Shown here piece after piece: positions 1 through 10,497 of a DNA stretch of 64,000 bases. The stretch is from a virus. Lineage: Duplodnaviria > Heunggongvirae > Uroviricota > Caudoviricetes. The stretch is taken from positions 7,041 through 71,040 of IMG/VR virus record IMGVR_UViG_2713896899_000007; one strand, given 5' to 3'. The first letter of the stretch is position 1. Each line of letters begins with the position of its first letter. A program made the position numbers and the translations under genes. The notes under the pieces are model-generated. The model was not told where the DNA came from. It did no database searches and was given only the letters and a program-made list of their open reading frames with translations.

Positions 1-1448
1 TCCGACTCCATTCTGGCGGTATACAAAAGCCACAAACCAACTCGGTGAGCCTGGCCTCGGCTTGTACATCCAAATGCTACGACTTCTGTTTTACGCTCAC
101 CATAACGGCGCATTGCGTCCTGATCTTCAACGTACTCGATATTTTGCTTATAACCGTCCTCCTTGTTGTTGTAGGTTACGAGCGCAACGGATGGGCGATC
201 TTTACGCGCAGAACCTTTATAGGTAAACAGTCCATCTTTGACGTTGGAGTTGGTAAACATCATTACCGGATCTGATGGGCTATCCTGCATGATGTTAACC
301 ATGCCACCAGCCCAAAACACCATGCCGCGGAATGCACCGGCAATATCCTGAATTAATCGGTATGCGTCTTGTCGACTGGTGATCTGCGTATTGATTGCAA
401 AGCGTTTCTCTTTACCCCCAAAGCCATCATCGACCTCTTCGTCACAATATCGACCAATCTGGTAGAGCTGGCCGAGGTCAATCATGGATTCCGACACAAA
501 TTGCCCAAGACCATACCGAGTATTGGTAAGCAAATCGTAGAGAATCCACGCAGGGTTTGAAGAAGACAACAGCTTAAAAGTACCGTCCCATACGCCGACA
601 TAAGTATTGGTGTATTCGTTGTAGTTTGACGGTACTCGGATTTTGATACCGCGCACCAAATACGAACGGGAAGGCATTGTGCTACCAAACTGCTCTGAAT
701 TGACCTTCAAGCCAACAAGAGCAGAGTTAGGGTAGTTCATTGGCGTGTCGACAATCTCACCGATGGAATCAACCCATGTGTCGTTGTAGAGGTACTGGCT
801 ACTGTTATCATCTGTAAGACGAATTACCCTAACCTTGTATGCACGACCAGGCTTAGGCAGTTTCAGCTCATAGCTACGGTAATACACGCCGGTTTTCTTT
901 GCCGTTAGCGTGATATCAACGCTTTTCTCACCTTCTGCCACTACATCAGAAAATGTTGCGTCTCCGTTGGCGATCTGGAATTTGTACTTCACCGTAGTGC
1001 CGTTTGTATCGCCAGAGCTTTTATCAACGCTACGTAAAGAGGGGAATTTCATGATGACACGAACGCGATCAGCTTCATCGTTATCGATTGAAACCGTAAC
1101 GTCGTGTGTTTTTTTAAGCTGAATATTTACGGACTTAGGCGTTTCGACAAAATCAAAACCAGCCATTGGCGTCTGGTCTTGTGAGCCGTCACGAAAATCC
1201 CATGTAATACCGCTGAAGTTGGAAGAGCCATCTTCATTCAAGATCGGTAAATCGTCGATGAAGATCGACTTTGCGCCATTTACCAGGCCACCGATAACCC
1301 CCTCGCCAAGAAGGTCGAGGATGGCTGCCATAGCACGAGAATTGACAGTATCATCAGCTTCAACCGGTGTACGGCTGGAGCTTTTACTTTTCTTGCCACC
1401 AGCACCGGCAATAAGAAGCGGTAATTTTTTCTTCTTGAACTGTTCCAT
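1..1448 (-). CDS. tail tip / host-specificity protein, lambda J-like (N-terminal part; continues past left edge)
   Basis: My own translation from ATG 1448 (AAGGA RBS) gives MEQFKKKKLPLLIAGAGGKKSKSS...SNPAWILYDLLTNTRYGLG...AFGCTSRGQAHRVGLWLLYTA. The frame stays open to nt 1. It follows the I-like gene as in the lambda M-L-K-I-J order. It is absent from the ORF track because it has no stop in the window. Confidence 0.75.
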   Translation of the reverse strand, partial: MEQFKKKKLPLLIAGAGGKKSKSSSRTPVEADDTVNSRAMAAILDLLGEGVIGGLVNGAKSIFIDDLPILNEDGSSNFSGITWDFRDGSQDQTPMAGFDFVETPKSVNIQLKKTHDVTVSIDNDEADRVRVIMKFPSLRSVDKSSGDTNGTTVKYKFQIANGDATFSDVVAEGEKSVDITLTAKKTGVYYRSYELKLPKPGRAYKVRVIRLTDDNSSQYLYNDTWVDSIGEIVDTPMNYPNSALVGLKVNSEQFGSTMPSRSYLVRGIKIRVPSNYNEYTNTYVGVWDGTFKLLSSSNPAWILYDLLTNTRYGLGQFVSESMIDLGQLYQIGRYCDEEVDDGFGGKEKRFAINTQITSRQDAYRLIQDIAGAFRGMVFWAGGMVNIMQDSPSDPVMMFTNSNVKDGLFTYKGSARKDRPSVALVTYNNKEDGYKQNIEYVEDQDAMRRYGERKTEVVAFGCTSRGQAHRVGLWLLYTARMES

Positions 1449-1465
1449 GTCCAAAAAATCCTTGA

Positions 1466-2059
1466 TTACATAAGCTGGTCGATGGTGATAGAAGAACTCA
1501 CGACCTGTGAGCCAACTAAAATTTCCTCGCCATAGATAAGCTGTACAGGGTTCCCCTGGTTTGTTGTGTTTTGAGGTCCATCAAAGTAATAAGAGTTCGA
1601 GTTATCCGCCTGCCTCACACTTTCGTTAGTGGCTTGCGGAGATATGATTTGCGCTATACCGCCCATCATCAGTGACAAACCGAGAGGCGCAAGAGCGGGC
1701 AAGCCAAAAAAAGATGCCACCAATAAAGTGGCTCCAACAACCGTCTGAAACCACCCAAAAGCAGATCCGCCGCTTCCTCGCGGAACAGGGGTAATGCGAA
1801 TTTTGGCAATGTTTTCAGACTGCCCCATCATCTGATATTCACTCTCGTCCACAGACCACTTGTGGCCTTGTTTATTGGTGATCTGGATGTGGTATCTGTC
1901 ATAGGTTTTGATGTTGCGCTTCATCCATGCTTTAAACCCAGGCTTGTTGGCCTCAATTAAATCCAGAGCCTGTTTTGTATTGCGCACCTTTAGATGCCAG
2001 TGGCGGCCAAAATGTTTGGCCATAGGGCCGCCAAGCTGCACATGAACTAACTCAGACAC
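1466..2059 (-). CDS. tail assembly protein, lambda I-like
   Basis: 197 aa. C-terminal hydrophobic Gly-rich segment (GGSAFGWFQTVVGATLLVASFFG) typical of gpI. Sits between the K-like and J-like genes. Confidence 0.8.
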   Translation of the reverse strand: MSELVHVQLGGPMAKHFGRHWHLKVRNTKQALDLIEANKPGFKAWMKRNIKTYDRYHIQITNKQGHKWSVDESEYQMMGQSENIAKIRITPVPRGSGGSAFGWFQTVVGATLLVASFFGLPALAPLGLSLMMGGIAQIISPQATNESVRQADNSNSYYFDGPQNTTNQGNPVQLIYGEEILVGSQVVSSSITIDQLM

Positions 2060-2844
2060 GTCTCATCTCCCTTGAGCAAGTCTCTGTGACGCAAGTGATG
2101 CGTCGTATGTTTCTGATACATCCCGCCGTAATAAGCACGACAACTTAGGCGGTCGATCTGGTGATGAAGAATCATTCCATCGCCGATATAAACCGCGCAG
2201 TGGTCAGGCATTTTCCCGTATTGGATAAAGAAGATGTCCCCACGTTGAGGCTCTGTTCCGGGCGCAAGACGCACCAATCCCTCGTTACGGTAGTTCTGAT
2301 CGAGAATGTCGTTATCGCCGGTGTACCACGATGGAATATGCAGGTGTGCGTTCGGGTTTAGTTCGACGTTAAACTCACGCTTCAAATAGTCCCGACACAA
2401 CATCCAGCAATCGAATACGCCAAATACATACGGTCTGCCCAGGTATGGCATTTCGAAACCATCAGGTGTGATCACATTCATCTCGCTAAAATGGAAAGGG
2501 GCATCTCCCTCAACATTCTTGCGAATAGCCAGAATCATCCACGGAACTTCCGTCGCTTCGCAGCCTGCACGATCGGCATCAGATGCTTCTGCTGATTCAT
2601 CAGTATGTGAATGCCAGATTGCGATAACATCACCCGCATCCTCTGCCGCCATAATGTCGTCAACGTGCATTACAAAAGTGTTCTGCGGGTTCTCCGAAAC
2701 ATTCCGCGCTTCCATAAAGCGATATTTGTCGCCATTAGTTCTAACCAGAAAGCCACACGCTTCATTAGGGTAGCGATTTATGGCGCAGAGATAGATTTGC
2801 TGCATAACGTCAGAGCCAAGCTCAGGGATTGCTTTATTACCCAT
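2047..2844 (-). CDS. tail tip assembly protein, lambda K-like (MPN/JAB + NlpC/P60)
   Basis: Motifs NEACGF, HSHTDES and DCWMLCRDY...HCAVYIGDG align to my recollection of lambda K. ATG 2844 has a GGAG RBS. The ORF-track start at 2871 is a TTG. Confidence 0.8.
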   Translation of the reverse strand: MGNKAIPELGSDVMQQIYLCAINRYPNEACGFLVRTNGDKYRFMEARNVSENPQNTFVMHVDDIMAAEDAGDVIAIWHSHTDESAEASDADRAGCEATEVPWMILAIRKNVEGDAPFHFSEMNVITPDGFEMPYLGRPYVFGVFDCWMLCRDYLKREFNVELNPNAHLHIPSWYTGDNDILDQNYRNEGLVRLAPGTEPQRGDIFFIQYGKMPDHCAVYIGDGMILHHQIDRLSCRAYYGGMYQKHTTHHLRHRDLLKGDETCLS

Positions 2845-3535
2845 ACCGCGTAGCTCCAATAAATCCGCCAAAATGGATCACACCGTCGGCAAAATAATTC
2901 CGACGCGCATTACAGGCGTCATAACGTTTTGTGCAGTAATCCGCACCAGACATAGACGTCTGCTGGTTATTTTTGTCGAAATATGGACCGGTATAGCCGC
3001 ATTCTGGCCCTCGGTATTTCCACGGGCAGGTGTTTTTAATGATCTGACGATACGGCAGTTGCACCCCCATCAAATCGAACACACTGGACAATTCAAACTC
3101 GACAACCTGATGAGTTTCGAGAGTTTTCTGTTCGATAAACCACATTTCATCCGGGAAATGTTGGTTTGGATCTGCTGTTGGGTTGCCGTCTTTAAAATTA
3201 ACGGCATCGAGGAAGCGAGCCAGCGTCATCTTGCGAATAATGCGGCAGCCAACAAGATCGTCGTTTGCCTGAACTTCCGCAGAGACGGTTCCGGCAAAGT
3301 TCGACACCTGAATTTTTGGACGTGGCAACGTTCCCTGGCCAGTTTTGTCAAAGCCTGATGCTTTGATTGGCCACGGCTCGTATGTCACTCCTTGCCAGAC
3401 GACCGGTTGCATCAGTTCGTTTGTTCCGGCATGGAAGAATAGCTTCCCCCCTGAAGTTGTGTTCGACATATCCAGTACGAACAACTCAATGAGTGCAGAG
3501 GGAGATAAGCTCTGAATATCAGCTTTAATTCCCAT
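2837..3535 (-). CDS. minor tail protein, lambda L-like
   Basis: ARFLDAVNFKDGNPTADP and the Cys cluster (CPWKYRGPECGY...C..C) resemble lambda L. ATG 3535 has an AAGGA RBS. Confidence 0.85.
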   Translation of the reverse strand: MGIKADIQSLSPSALIELFVLDMSNTTSGGKLFFHAGTNELMQPVVWQGVTYEPWPIKASGFDKTGQGTLPRPKIQVSNFAGTVSAEVQANDDLVGCRIIRKMTLARFLDAVNFKDGNPTADPNQHFPDEMWFIEQKTLETHQVVEFELSSVFDLMGVQLPYRQIIKNTCPWKYRGPECGYTGPYFDKNNQQTSMSGADYCTKRYDACNARRNYFADGVIHFGGFIGATRYG

Positions 3536-3617
3536 TGTTTCATCCTTGAAATAAGTAGGCGCTAACATCCTGTCAGCGCCACAATAATAGTAAATTAGTA
3601 CTTACTTATCCAGATAC

Positions 3618-3953
3618 TTAAGCCTCAAATACTTGTCTGAATGGAGCGGTTAATACTGCGTACCCTTGATATCGCTTGACCGTATGACTGTCGCATACAA
3701 CTACAATCCGTTTTCCTCTTGGATTAACCCAATAGAACGACTCAACACCTGCTCGCTCAGTCAGGAAGTCATCGATTGCATTAATTTCGTTGTATGATCT
3801 GGTAAAGGTTAACGACCATTCTTCTTTAATACGATTAAGACCTTGAGCCTGTCGCTGCTCGTAGTCATCACCAAAATTAAGTACCGTTACATTCGGTTTT
3901 ACGCTTTTTTCAGATTCGTAATCTGGATACCAATTAAACGTTTGTCTTTCCAT
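3618..3953 (-). CDS. minor tail protein, lambda M-like
   Basis: 111 aa. FGDDYEQRQAQGLN and FLTERAGVESFYW align with lambda M as I recall it. Confidence 0.8.
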   Translation of the reverse strand: MERQTFNWYPDYESEKSVKPNVTVLNFGDDYEQRQAQGLNRIKEEWSLTFTRSYNEINAIDDFLTERAGVESFYWVNPRGKRIVVVCDSHTVKRYQGYAVLTAPFRQVFEA

Positions 3954-3995
3954 CTCACATCCTTGTGAGACAGCCCCGACCGGGGCAGTCGATAG

Positions 3996-6900
3996 TTAGT
4001 TACGTTGAGTGTTTGGGTTGAGTGATCCGCCAGGGCGTTTTTCTTGAGCGATAGTCTCAAGTACGACGGCTTTCACCCGTTTAGCAGCATTGTTCCATAT
4101 GCTTTCTGTATCGCCGGATTCTGTCGTGCTACCGTCACTATGGACGTTGATCTCAATTGATACAGGAGAAAGAACATTTCCGCCTCCACTCATACCATCG
4201 GTACTGAGCGTTACAGGGATTGTTCGGCCATCAGGCAATGGAACATACGCCTCATTCATAGAACCTTCCCCAAACAACGCTAATTGAGGTGAGTTAGCAA
4301 TACCGCCTTTCTGGTATGCCCGGAGCGGGATCACGCCGTCTTTTCCGAATATTCCTCCATTTGCAAACTTCGGGATTGCAGGAATGCCTTTAGTTCCGTC
4401 AGCCACACTGCTAGTTGCGGTTTTAGCAGAGCTTGATGTCACACTGTCGAAACCACCACCTGCCCATACTGAAACCAACCCAGATGCAACTGTCGCGCCG
4501 AAATTCAACCACTTATTACCAGAGCCGGAAGCATTAGCTCCAAGCATTGCAAACGCGGCAGACAGAGCACCGGTAACAGAGCTGAGGTTCTGCATCGAGA
4601 AGATGGAATCCTTCACTGCTTTTGTCTCAGCATCTTTGGCTTCGGTGCTATCAAATAGCCCTGATACCCAGCTACCAATCGCATTTGTTGCTGTGCCAAT
4701 TGCGCTGGTGGTCTGCTGTGTCGTTTGCCCCAATCCAGTTACCGAACTGGACGTCTCCTTCGTGGCTTCTCCTACCGACTTGTCGCCGTTAACAGTGTTG
4801 CCCATTCGTACCCCTTGATTGGCAACGGCGGAAGCAACCCCGGTCAGCAAATTACCACTCTGTGAACTACCAGCTGCGGTGGTTCCCATCCCCAACATGT
4901 TCATTAGAGGCAGCGTGATCTGCGACTTCACGACCATATTGGTGATATCTTTCAAAATGGACTGAGACAGGCTGGAGAAGCTCATCTTCCCGTTAATAAC
5001 GAAATCAGTCAGGACATCAGTTAAGCCACTAAACAAATCAGTCCAGGTGCTTTCGATCTGCTCTGCCAGGTTTTCGTATTCCAGTGCCAACTTCTGCGTC
5101 GCAGTCCCCGTCTCTTTAATAAGCGCGGTATTGCCAGCAGCAATAAGTTGATTGATTTTCTTTGTATAAAGCGCCACGACTTTAGGATCAGACGCCTTAT
5201 CACGAAGTTCTATCAACGCTTTGAGATTGCGGTTGTAGGTGTCTTCGAAATCAGCAACTTTCTCTTCACGAGACGGCGTATAGCCAGCACTAATAATGGA
5301 ATCCGCCTCCGGTGCCCAAGTGGAGATCATCTGCTCAACATTGCGGCGATTAAACATCTCGCGATATTCAGGTGTCGCATTTTTGAGGTCCTCAAGACGT
5401 TTTTTCGCCTTGTCGATCATCTCTTGAGTGATGAACTCGTTAGGAACCGCATTAGCCAAATCTGTCAGCGATTTCGTTGTATCGCGAAGAGACTGATCAA
5501 ACGATACCGTAGCCTTAGAGCTTTCACCCATTTGCCCCATAAGCTGATCGGCTTTGTCCAGAGCCTTCTGGTATCCGGCTGCCAGTTTCTGTTGCGCTGC
5601 CTGTTCCTTCTTGGCCGCACGCTGCGAGGCGTTAGCTGATCGTTGGGCTGCTTTCTCGGCAGCTGCTGCATCCTGTTCACGAGCTTTAGTCAGTGCAGCA
5701 ATGGCTGCGGCACGCTCTTCATCGCTCATTTTCTCCAGAGAGCTGGCACTGGATGCTTTCTGCAAATTAAGCTGCGTCTTGAGTTGTTTAGGCCCAATAA
5801 TCGGCTTACCTTCGAAGTCCATCATCGGAGTGCCGTCAGGCAAAGTACGTTGATAAGTCGCAGAATCCATCTGGTTTCGCATATATTGCGCCAGCGCCTT
5901 CTGAGCTGCTTTATCAGTTGTACCTAACCCCAGAACAGTCCCCTGGTTTGACATTACGCCCTTACCAGTTTTGGCAGCGTTATCTCTCTCGAACTCTGCC
6001 TGAGTCAGTTCCTGAGCGACGACTTCCAAATTCTCCTGATAACCACGAATACTGCCTTGCAGTTTCTTGATCTGCTCGGTGTTTCCTTCCTTTTTCGCTT
6101 TTTCAAGCTGATCATTAAGAGTGGCTATTTGCCCCTCGACAGCATTCTTACGAGAAGAAAGTGAATCAACCAGTTTTTGCGCAGGCTCCAGATAGCTTTT
6201 GTTTACCGTTTCACGTAACGGTGCCAATAGTTTGTTCTTTTCGTCATCAGAAAGTGAATCGTCATCATTGATTTTTTGGATCTTCTCCAGAGCCTCTTGA
6301 CGAGCTTTAGCGAATGTTGCCGCAAAGTCTCTATTCTCTTCCCGTATTTTCTCTATCTGTGATTCTGCCGCATCTTTTGCAAGACGTTTGGCTACAGCAA
6401 TGTCTCCGCGTTCAATTGCCCCAGTAGTTTTATCGCGTTTCTTACGAAGGTCATTTAGCTCATTTTCTATACGCTTACGTTCATCCTGATTAATCTTTAC
6501 TGTAGTTCCGGCCATACCCGGCCCATAAACCACCTTTTCGCCAGATTTTAACTCTTGTTCCTTTTGCGTGATTTGTTGCTCAAGACGCGCTTTATACTCC
6601 GCCATCTGTGCACGTTTGGCCGCTGTCATCGCCTCTGGTATTTTCCTAATCTCGTCAACGACCTTTGAAGTTTCGCTGCGGAGCATGGTCATGTACGTGA
6701 TTAGGCCAGCAACAGCTACAGTGGCAACTGTAAATGCTGCCCCTATAGGGTTTGCTGCAATGAACGCCGTTAATCCAGCAAAAGCGCCTTTAAGCCCCGT
6801 AATCGCCCCACGGATGGCGAAAATAAGAGAGGGGATCGGAGCCAGCCCCATACGTGCCGCACGATTGAATCGAGTTACTGCTGTAGCGCCGAGGTTAAAT

Positions 6901-8582
6901 GGAGTCTGTATGGCGGTCGCCATCGTGGCAAAGGTGCTAACCATCTGGCTGCCAGCGCCAACTCCCCCCATGATCCCTGCTCGCATCAGTTTGAACGCAA
7001 CCATCGCGGCCACGACCTTACCGAGATTAATTACCAGCTCTTGGTTCTTTGCTAACCATTGAGCAAGCTGACGCAACCCATCGATTGCCGTCGTTAACCC
7101 CGAACCTAAAGAATTGGCAAACGAAATCCCTTCGGCGCTATTCATGATTGAAGCCAGTTCTTTCATCCCCTTTGATAGAGAATCCAGATATCCGGCCTGA
7201 CCAACTCGATCAGCAAATAACGTGAATGACGTCTGAAGTTGCGCCAGCGCACCTGTGTAGGTTTGCATCATGTCTTTCGCTGCGTTCTCGTTCTCCGCAC
7301 GCAGACCAACAAACATCAGAGACAACGCCTGCTTTGCCTCAACCGTACCGCTGGCAACGGCTTTAGTTAGTTCCCCCATAGTGATGCCTGCGGCGTCTGC
7401 CATTGCCTGCATCGCGTTAGGAACGGCTTCACCTAATTGCTGACGTAGCTCTTCCATTGACACGACGCCCTTACCGGACATCTGCTGAACGGCCACAGCC
7501 GCACGTTTCAACAGCTCACTATCACCACCAAAACGAGCAACGGAGTCCACCAGCGCCTTCAGAGAACCATCGGTTGGATCTAAGCCAGCAGAACGAAACT
7601 TCACGAAGGAGTCTGTTAACGCCTGCATCGCGAACGGCGCATTTTGAGCCATGTCTACGATGTACTTCATATCATCAGCGGCAGCCTGGCCAGGGTTGGA
7701 CTTCTCCTTATTCAACCCTCGAAGCATCACCCGCATACGTTCCATTTCGGCCGCAGCTTCAACAATAGGCTTCTGCCACCCAAACATGATGTCAGTAACC
7801 GTTCTGGCTGCATCTCCGATCTCGCCAAGCAGGAAAATGTTGCCACGAAGGCCAGAGAACATACCTCCTTCGTTATTTTTACCGCTGTGGCCAGAAGCGC
7901 CGCTACGCTGCCTGCTACCGCTACCACCATCGCCACTTCCAGATGTACGAACGCGTACCGGCTTGCTAATCAGTTGCTGACGTCCGATAACTTCGTCCAT
8001 CTGCTCACGAACCTTTTTCAGTCCCTCGGCAGCCTGACTCGTTGTGACACCCCAATTACTGAGTCGCTTCGTCGTGGTATTAAGGCGCGTATTCATGCCA
8101 CTCACGGACGCAGAGGCTTCTTTGACCTCCGTACCAAAGCGGCTTGCGCTTTTGCTTGCATAGGTCGCCCAATCAGAGAAATCATTTAGCTCTGATTGCA
8201 CTTTACGTAATGACGCGGTGAGTTTATCTACTGAAGAAGTTGTCGTATCGACGCGCTCAATCAGGGCTTTAAGACCAGAATTGAGGCTGGTGATGTTGCC
8301 ACGCATTTTACGCGTAGCATCTGAAGCAAGCTCAAAACCGGCAGCTACATCCTGTAGTTTATCTGCCGTAGAATCGAGCTTGCTTTCCAGAACGCCAATG
8401 ATACGGGCGACCGAACCCAAAGAGCGTTCAAAGGTTTGGATTTTTTGAGCAGGCTTTGTTACCTGCTCACCAAATCGAGTAAGCAGTTTCCCCGCACGAT
8501 CGATTGACGCTGTAAACTGTTTGTCTTCCAGCGACAGGATAAACTCTACGTTTTGTGACATTCCCTTGTCATCCTCTGCCAA
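3996..8582 (-). CDS. tail tape measure protein
   Basis: 1528 aa, coiled-coil rich with central hydrophobic/Gly-rich segments. Lies between the chaperone genes and the M-like gene. The start is ambiguous (TTG 8582 or ATG 8561). Confidence 0.9.
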   Translation of the reverse strand: MAEDDKGMSQNVEFILSLEDKQFTASIDRAGKLLTRFGEQVTKPAQKIQTFERSLGSVARIIGVLESKLDSTADKLQDVAAGFELASDATRKMRGNITSLNSGLKALIERVDTTTSSVDKLTASLRKVQSELNDFSDWATYASKSASRFGTEVKEASASVSGMNTRLNTTTKRLSNWGVTTSQAAEGLKKVREQMDEVIGRQQLISKPVRVRTSGSGDGGSGSRQRSGASGHSGKNNEGGMFSGLRGNIFLLGEIGDAARTVTDIMFGWQKPIVEAAAEMERMRVMLRGLNKEKSNPGQAAADDMKYIVDMAQNAPFAMQALTDSFVKFRSAGLDPTDGSLKALVDSVARFGGDSELLKRAAVAVQQMSGKGVVSMEELRQQLGEAVPNAMQAMADAAGITMGELTKAVASGTVEAKQALSLMFVGLRAENENAAKDMMQTYTGALAQLQTSFTLFADRVGQAGYLDSLSKGMKELASIMNSAEGISFANSLGSGLTTAIDGLRQLAQWLAKNQELVINLGKVVAAMVAFKLMRAGIMGGVGAGSQMVSTFATMATAIQTPFNLGATAVTRFNRAARMGLAPIPSLIFAIRGAITGLKGAFAGLTAFIAANPIGAAFTVATVAVAGLITYMTMLRSETSKVVDEIRKIPEAMTAAKRAQMAEYKARLEQQITQKEQELKSGEKVVYGPGMAGTTVKINQDERKRIENELNDLRKKRDKTTGAIERGDIAVAKRLAKDAAESQIEKIREENRDFAATFAKARQEALEKIQKINDDDSLSDDEKNKLLAPLRETVNKSYLEPAQKLVDSLSSRKNAVEGQIATLNDQLEKAKKEGNTEQIKKLQGSIRGYQENLEVVAQELTQAEFERDNAAKTGKGVMSNQGTVLGLGTTDKAAQKALAQYMRNQMDSATYQRTLPDGTPMMDFEGKPIIGPKQLKTQLNLQKASSASSLEKMSDEERAAAIAALTKAREQDAAAAEKAAQRSANASQRAAKKEQAAQQKLAAGYQKALDKADQLMGQMGESSKATVSFDQSLRDTTKSLTDLANAVPNEFITQEMIDKAKKRLEDLKNATPEYREMFNRRNVEQMISTWAPEADSIISAGYTPSREEKVADFEDTYNRNLKALIELRDKASDPKVVALYTKKINQLIAAGNTALIKETGTATQKLALEYENLAEQIESTWTDLFSGLTDVLTDFVINGKMSFSSLSQSILKDITNMVVKSQITLPLMNMLGMGTTAAGSSQSGNLLTGVASAVANQGVRMGNTVNGDKSVGEATKETSSSVTGLGQTTQQTTSAIGTATNAIGSWVSGLFDSTEAKDAETKAVKDSIFSMQNLSSVTGALSAAFAMLGANASGSGNKWLNFGATVASGLVSVWAGGGFDSVTSSSAKTATSSVADGTKGIPAIPKFANGGIFGKDGVIPLRAYQKGGIANSPQLALFGEGSMNEAYVPLPDGRTIPVTLSTDGMSGGGNVLSPVSIEINVHSDGSTTESGDTESIWNNAAKRVKAVVLETIAQEKRPGGSLNPNTQRN

Positions 8583-9236
8583 ATATTTGCATCAGTTGCT
8601 CTTTGGCGTCAGGGTCTGCCTTATCCTGGCTTGGATCGTAGACTTTATCTGTTACGACTGGTCTTCCAATCCTGAGTTGCAAACCCTCCATGAACGCCTT
8701 CACAGCCTCGCCATCCGCCTGGGACGCACGGGCGACTTGTAAGTTGCGGACATCCTCTTCCGCACGCAGACGGTCTATATTGCGACTGAGCATCCAGAAC
8801 ATCGTGAGAGGTATGTTCAATAGCTCTAATGGCGACACGGCGTAGTGAGCAACTACACGACTGAAATAGAATCCGAGATCTATTGAGACGGTCCTTGTCC
8901 CGGATTCATCACGGGAAATTACTTTGCCCCTTCGCCAGCCGCTTTTTCGTTTTCTTCATCAATCACTTCCATAGCGAAGGTGAAGATCTGCTGGAGTTGC
9001 GGAACAGTCAGTTTTTCAAGAATTTCGTCAGGTACTGAAGGGATAACCTTACGAACCAGATCTGCATAAGCTGTCACTTGCTCAACAGGAGACATGTTCA
9101 TGAGATCTTTTCCTTCCATCTGCTTGATGGAAACGAACAGACCTACCGTCATTTCAACGATGGGATATTCCTGACCGCCAAATTTGATGCTTTTCTTCGG
9201 AGGCAGAATGGAATCTAGATCGAGTAATTTGGTCAT
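8569..9236 (-). CDS. tail assembly chaperone, -1 frameshift product (G-T-like)
   Basis: The -1 frame is open from the GAAAAAG site (8942-8948) through ORF 8569..8838. That ORF lacks its own ATG (its first codon is GTG). My frame arithmetic (codon low ends 0 mod 3 going to 1 mod 3) equals a -1 shift. Confidence 0.6.
8919..9236 (-). CDS. tail assembly chaperone (lambda G-like)
   Basis: 105 aa acidic protein directly upstream of the tape measure gene. AAGGA RBS. Confidence 0.7.
   Translation of the reverse strand: MTKLLDLDSILPPKKSIKFGGQEYPIVEMTVGLFVSIKQMEGKDLMNMSPVEQVTAYADLVRKVIPSVPDEILEKLTVPQLQQIFTFAMEVIDEENEKAAGEGAK
8942..8948 (-). promoter_or_regulatory. candidate -1 ribosomal slippery site GAAAAAG
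   Basis: A-rich heptamer 7 codons before the G stop. Its position is analogous to the lambda G/GT frameshift. Confidence 0.5.
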
Positions 9237-9291
9237 TGGTTAAAATCCTTTTAAAAGAGAGGCCCATCCTGAGCCTCTGCTTAATTACTGA

Positions 9292-10038
9292 TTAATCTGC
9301 GGGGTTAATCGTTACTGACTTAGTTGCCTTCTTACCACCGCTATTGCTGGTGAAGGAGATATTTGTAGAACCCTGCGCCACACCACGTACCAGACCCGTT
9401 TGATCTACCGTGGCCTTTTCCTGGTCTTCGGATTCCCAAACACCGGTTTTGTCTGCGGCATCAGCTGGAGTGATTTCGGCTGTCAGTTGCACAGTTTCTC
9501 CAGCTTTTACGGTTGGAGATTCCGGTGAGATCGACACAGTTTTTACCGGTTTAGGGCCGCTCATTCTTCCCAGAACGCCTTCGTCATCAGGGTACGCACT
9601 GAACTGAACAGAGAACACACGAACATCATCAGACTGGTAAGTCATGGTGAAGTTACCTGCGGTCGCAGCTTTCGGGATAGTCAGAACGTAGTCGGTAGTG
9701 TCCTGCGGAGTCAGAACCAGCTCTTTGGCTACGTCGATCAGGTTGACACCCTGTGCGGAAGTGATGGTCACCGCATTGTCGTCTTCGTTCAGAGTAGACC
9801 CCGGCATCAGATCGACCATATTTTTCAACACAGACTCGGCCAGCGGCGCAGTAATGGTAATGTTACGACCCTGCACCAGCTCGGACATAATTGTCTGGCC
9901 GTGCTGGTCGACGGTGACTTTCAGCGTTTCAGTGGCTACTTCAACCTGAACACCACCTTTGGTGTAACCCAAATCCACACCACCAAACGACACCTTACAG
10001 GCACCAAGTTTGATGTTTTTTACATGGGTATTAGACAT
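9292..10038 (-). CDS. major tail protein with C-terminal Ig-like (Big_2) domain
   Basis: The C-terminal VSISPESPTVKAGETVQLTAEITPADAADKTGVWESEDQEKATVDQTGLVRGVAQGSTNISF is a Big_2 pattern. ATG 10038 has a GGAG RBS. Confidence 0.85.
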   Translation of the reverse strand: MSNTHVKNIKLGACKVSFGGVDLGYTKGGVQVEVATETLKVTVDQHGQTIMSELVQGRNITITAPLAESVLKNMVDLMPGSTLNEDDNAVTITSAQGVNLIDVAKELVLTPQDTTDYVLTIPKAATAGNFTMTYQSDDVRVFSVQFSAYPDDEGVLGRMSGPKPVKTVSISPESPTVKAGETVQLTAEITPADAADKTGVWESEDQEKATVDQTGLVRGVAQGSTNISFTSNSGGKKATKSVTINPAD

Positions 10039-10112
10039 TGATGGAAAACTCCTTTTTCCGTTAATTCTACGCATTCATTGCGCTAATGGTAAGTATATAC
10101 TTACCGATTAAC

Positions 10113-10496
10113 TTAATTCAATAAATAGCCAGCAAATTCAACAGGAATGCCTGCTTCTATTAATGCCCCATCATTTTTGGGATAAATGATTGGCATCGCC
10201 ATCGGTCGTACAAGTCGAAAATAAACACCACCAGATTCCGTTTCCTCTACTGGAAGCATCTCAATGATTTTATTGGCTTTCTCAACCGTCGTAGTGATTG
10301 ACGAACCACGCACAATGATTGTGAATGATTCGTGATAAAAGCCCTGTAGCTCATGATCGATGCTGATGCCGGTATTTGGGTTAATAAGCAGGACGCCAGA
10401 TTTCACATTGGCAGGCAAGTAGTGACAGAAAATGTCAGTCCCGACCGTGCCAATCTTTGCCTTCTGCATCAAACTTGCAAACGCTTCGATAAACAC
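10113..10496 (-). CDS. tail terminator / completion protein (position of lambda U)
   Basis: Called by synteny only. GTG 10496 has a GAGG RBS just after the upstream stop. The longer ORF overlaps the upstream gene. Confidence 0.5.
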   Translation of the reverse strand: MFIEAFASLMQKAKIGTVGTDIFCHYLPANVKSGVLLINPNTGISIDHELQGFYHESFTIIVRGSSITTTVEKANKIIEMLPVEETESGGVYFRLVRPMAMPIIYPKNDGALIEAGIPVEFAGYLLN

Positions 10497-10497
10497 A

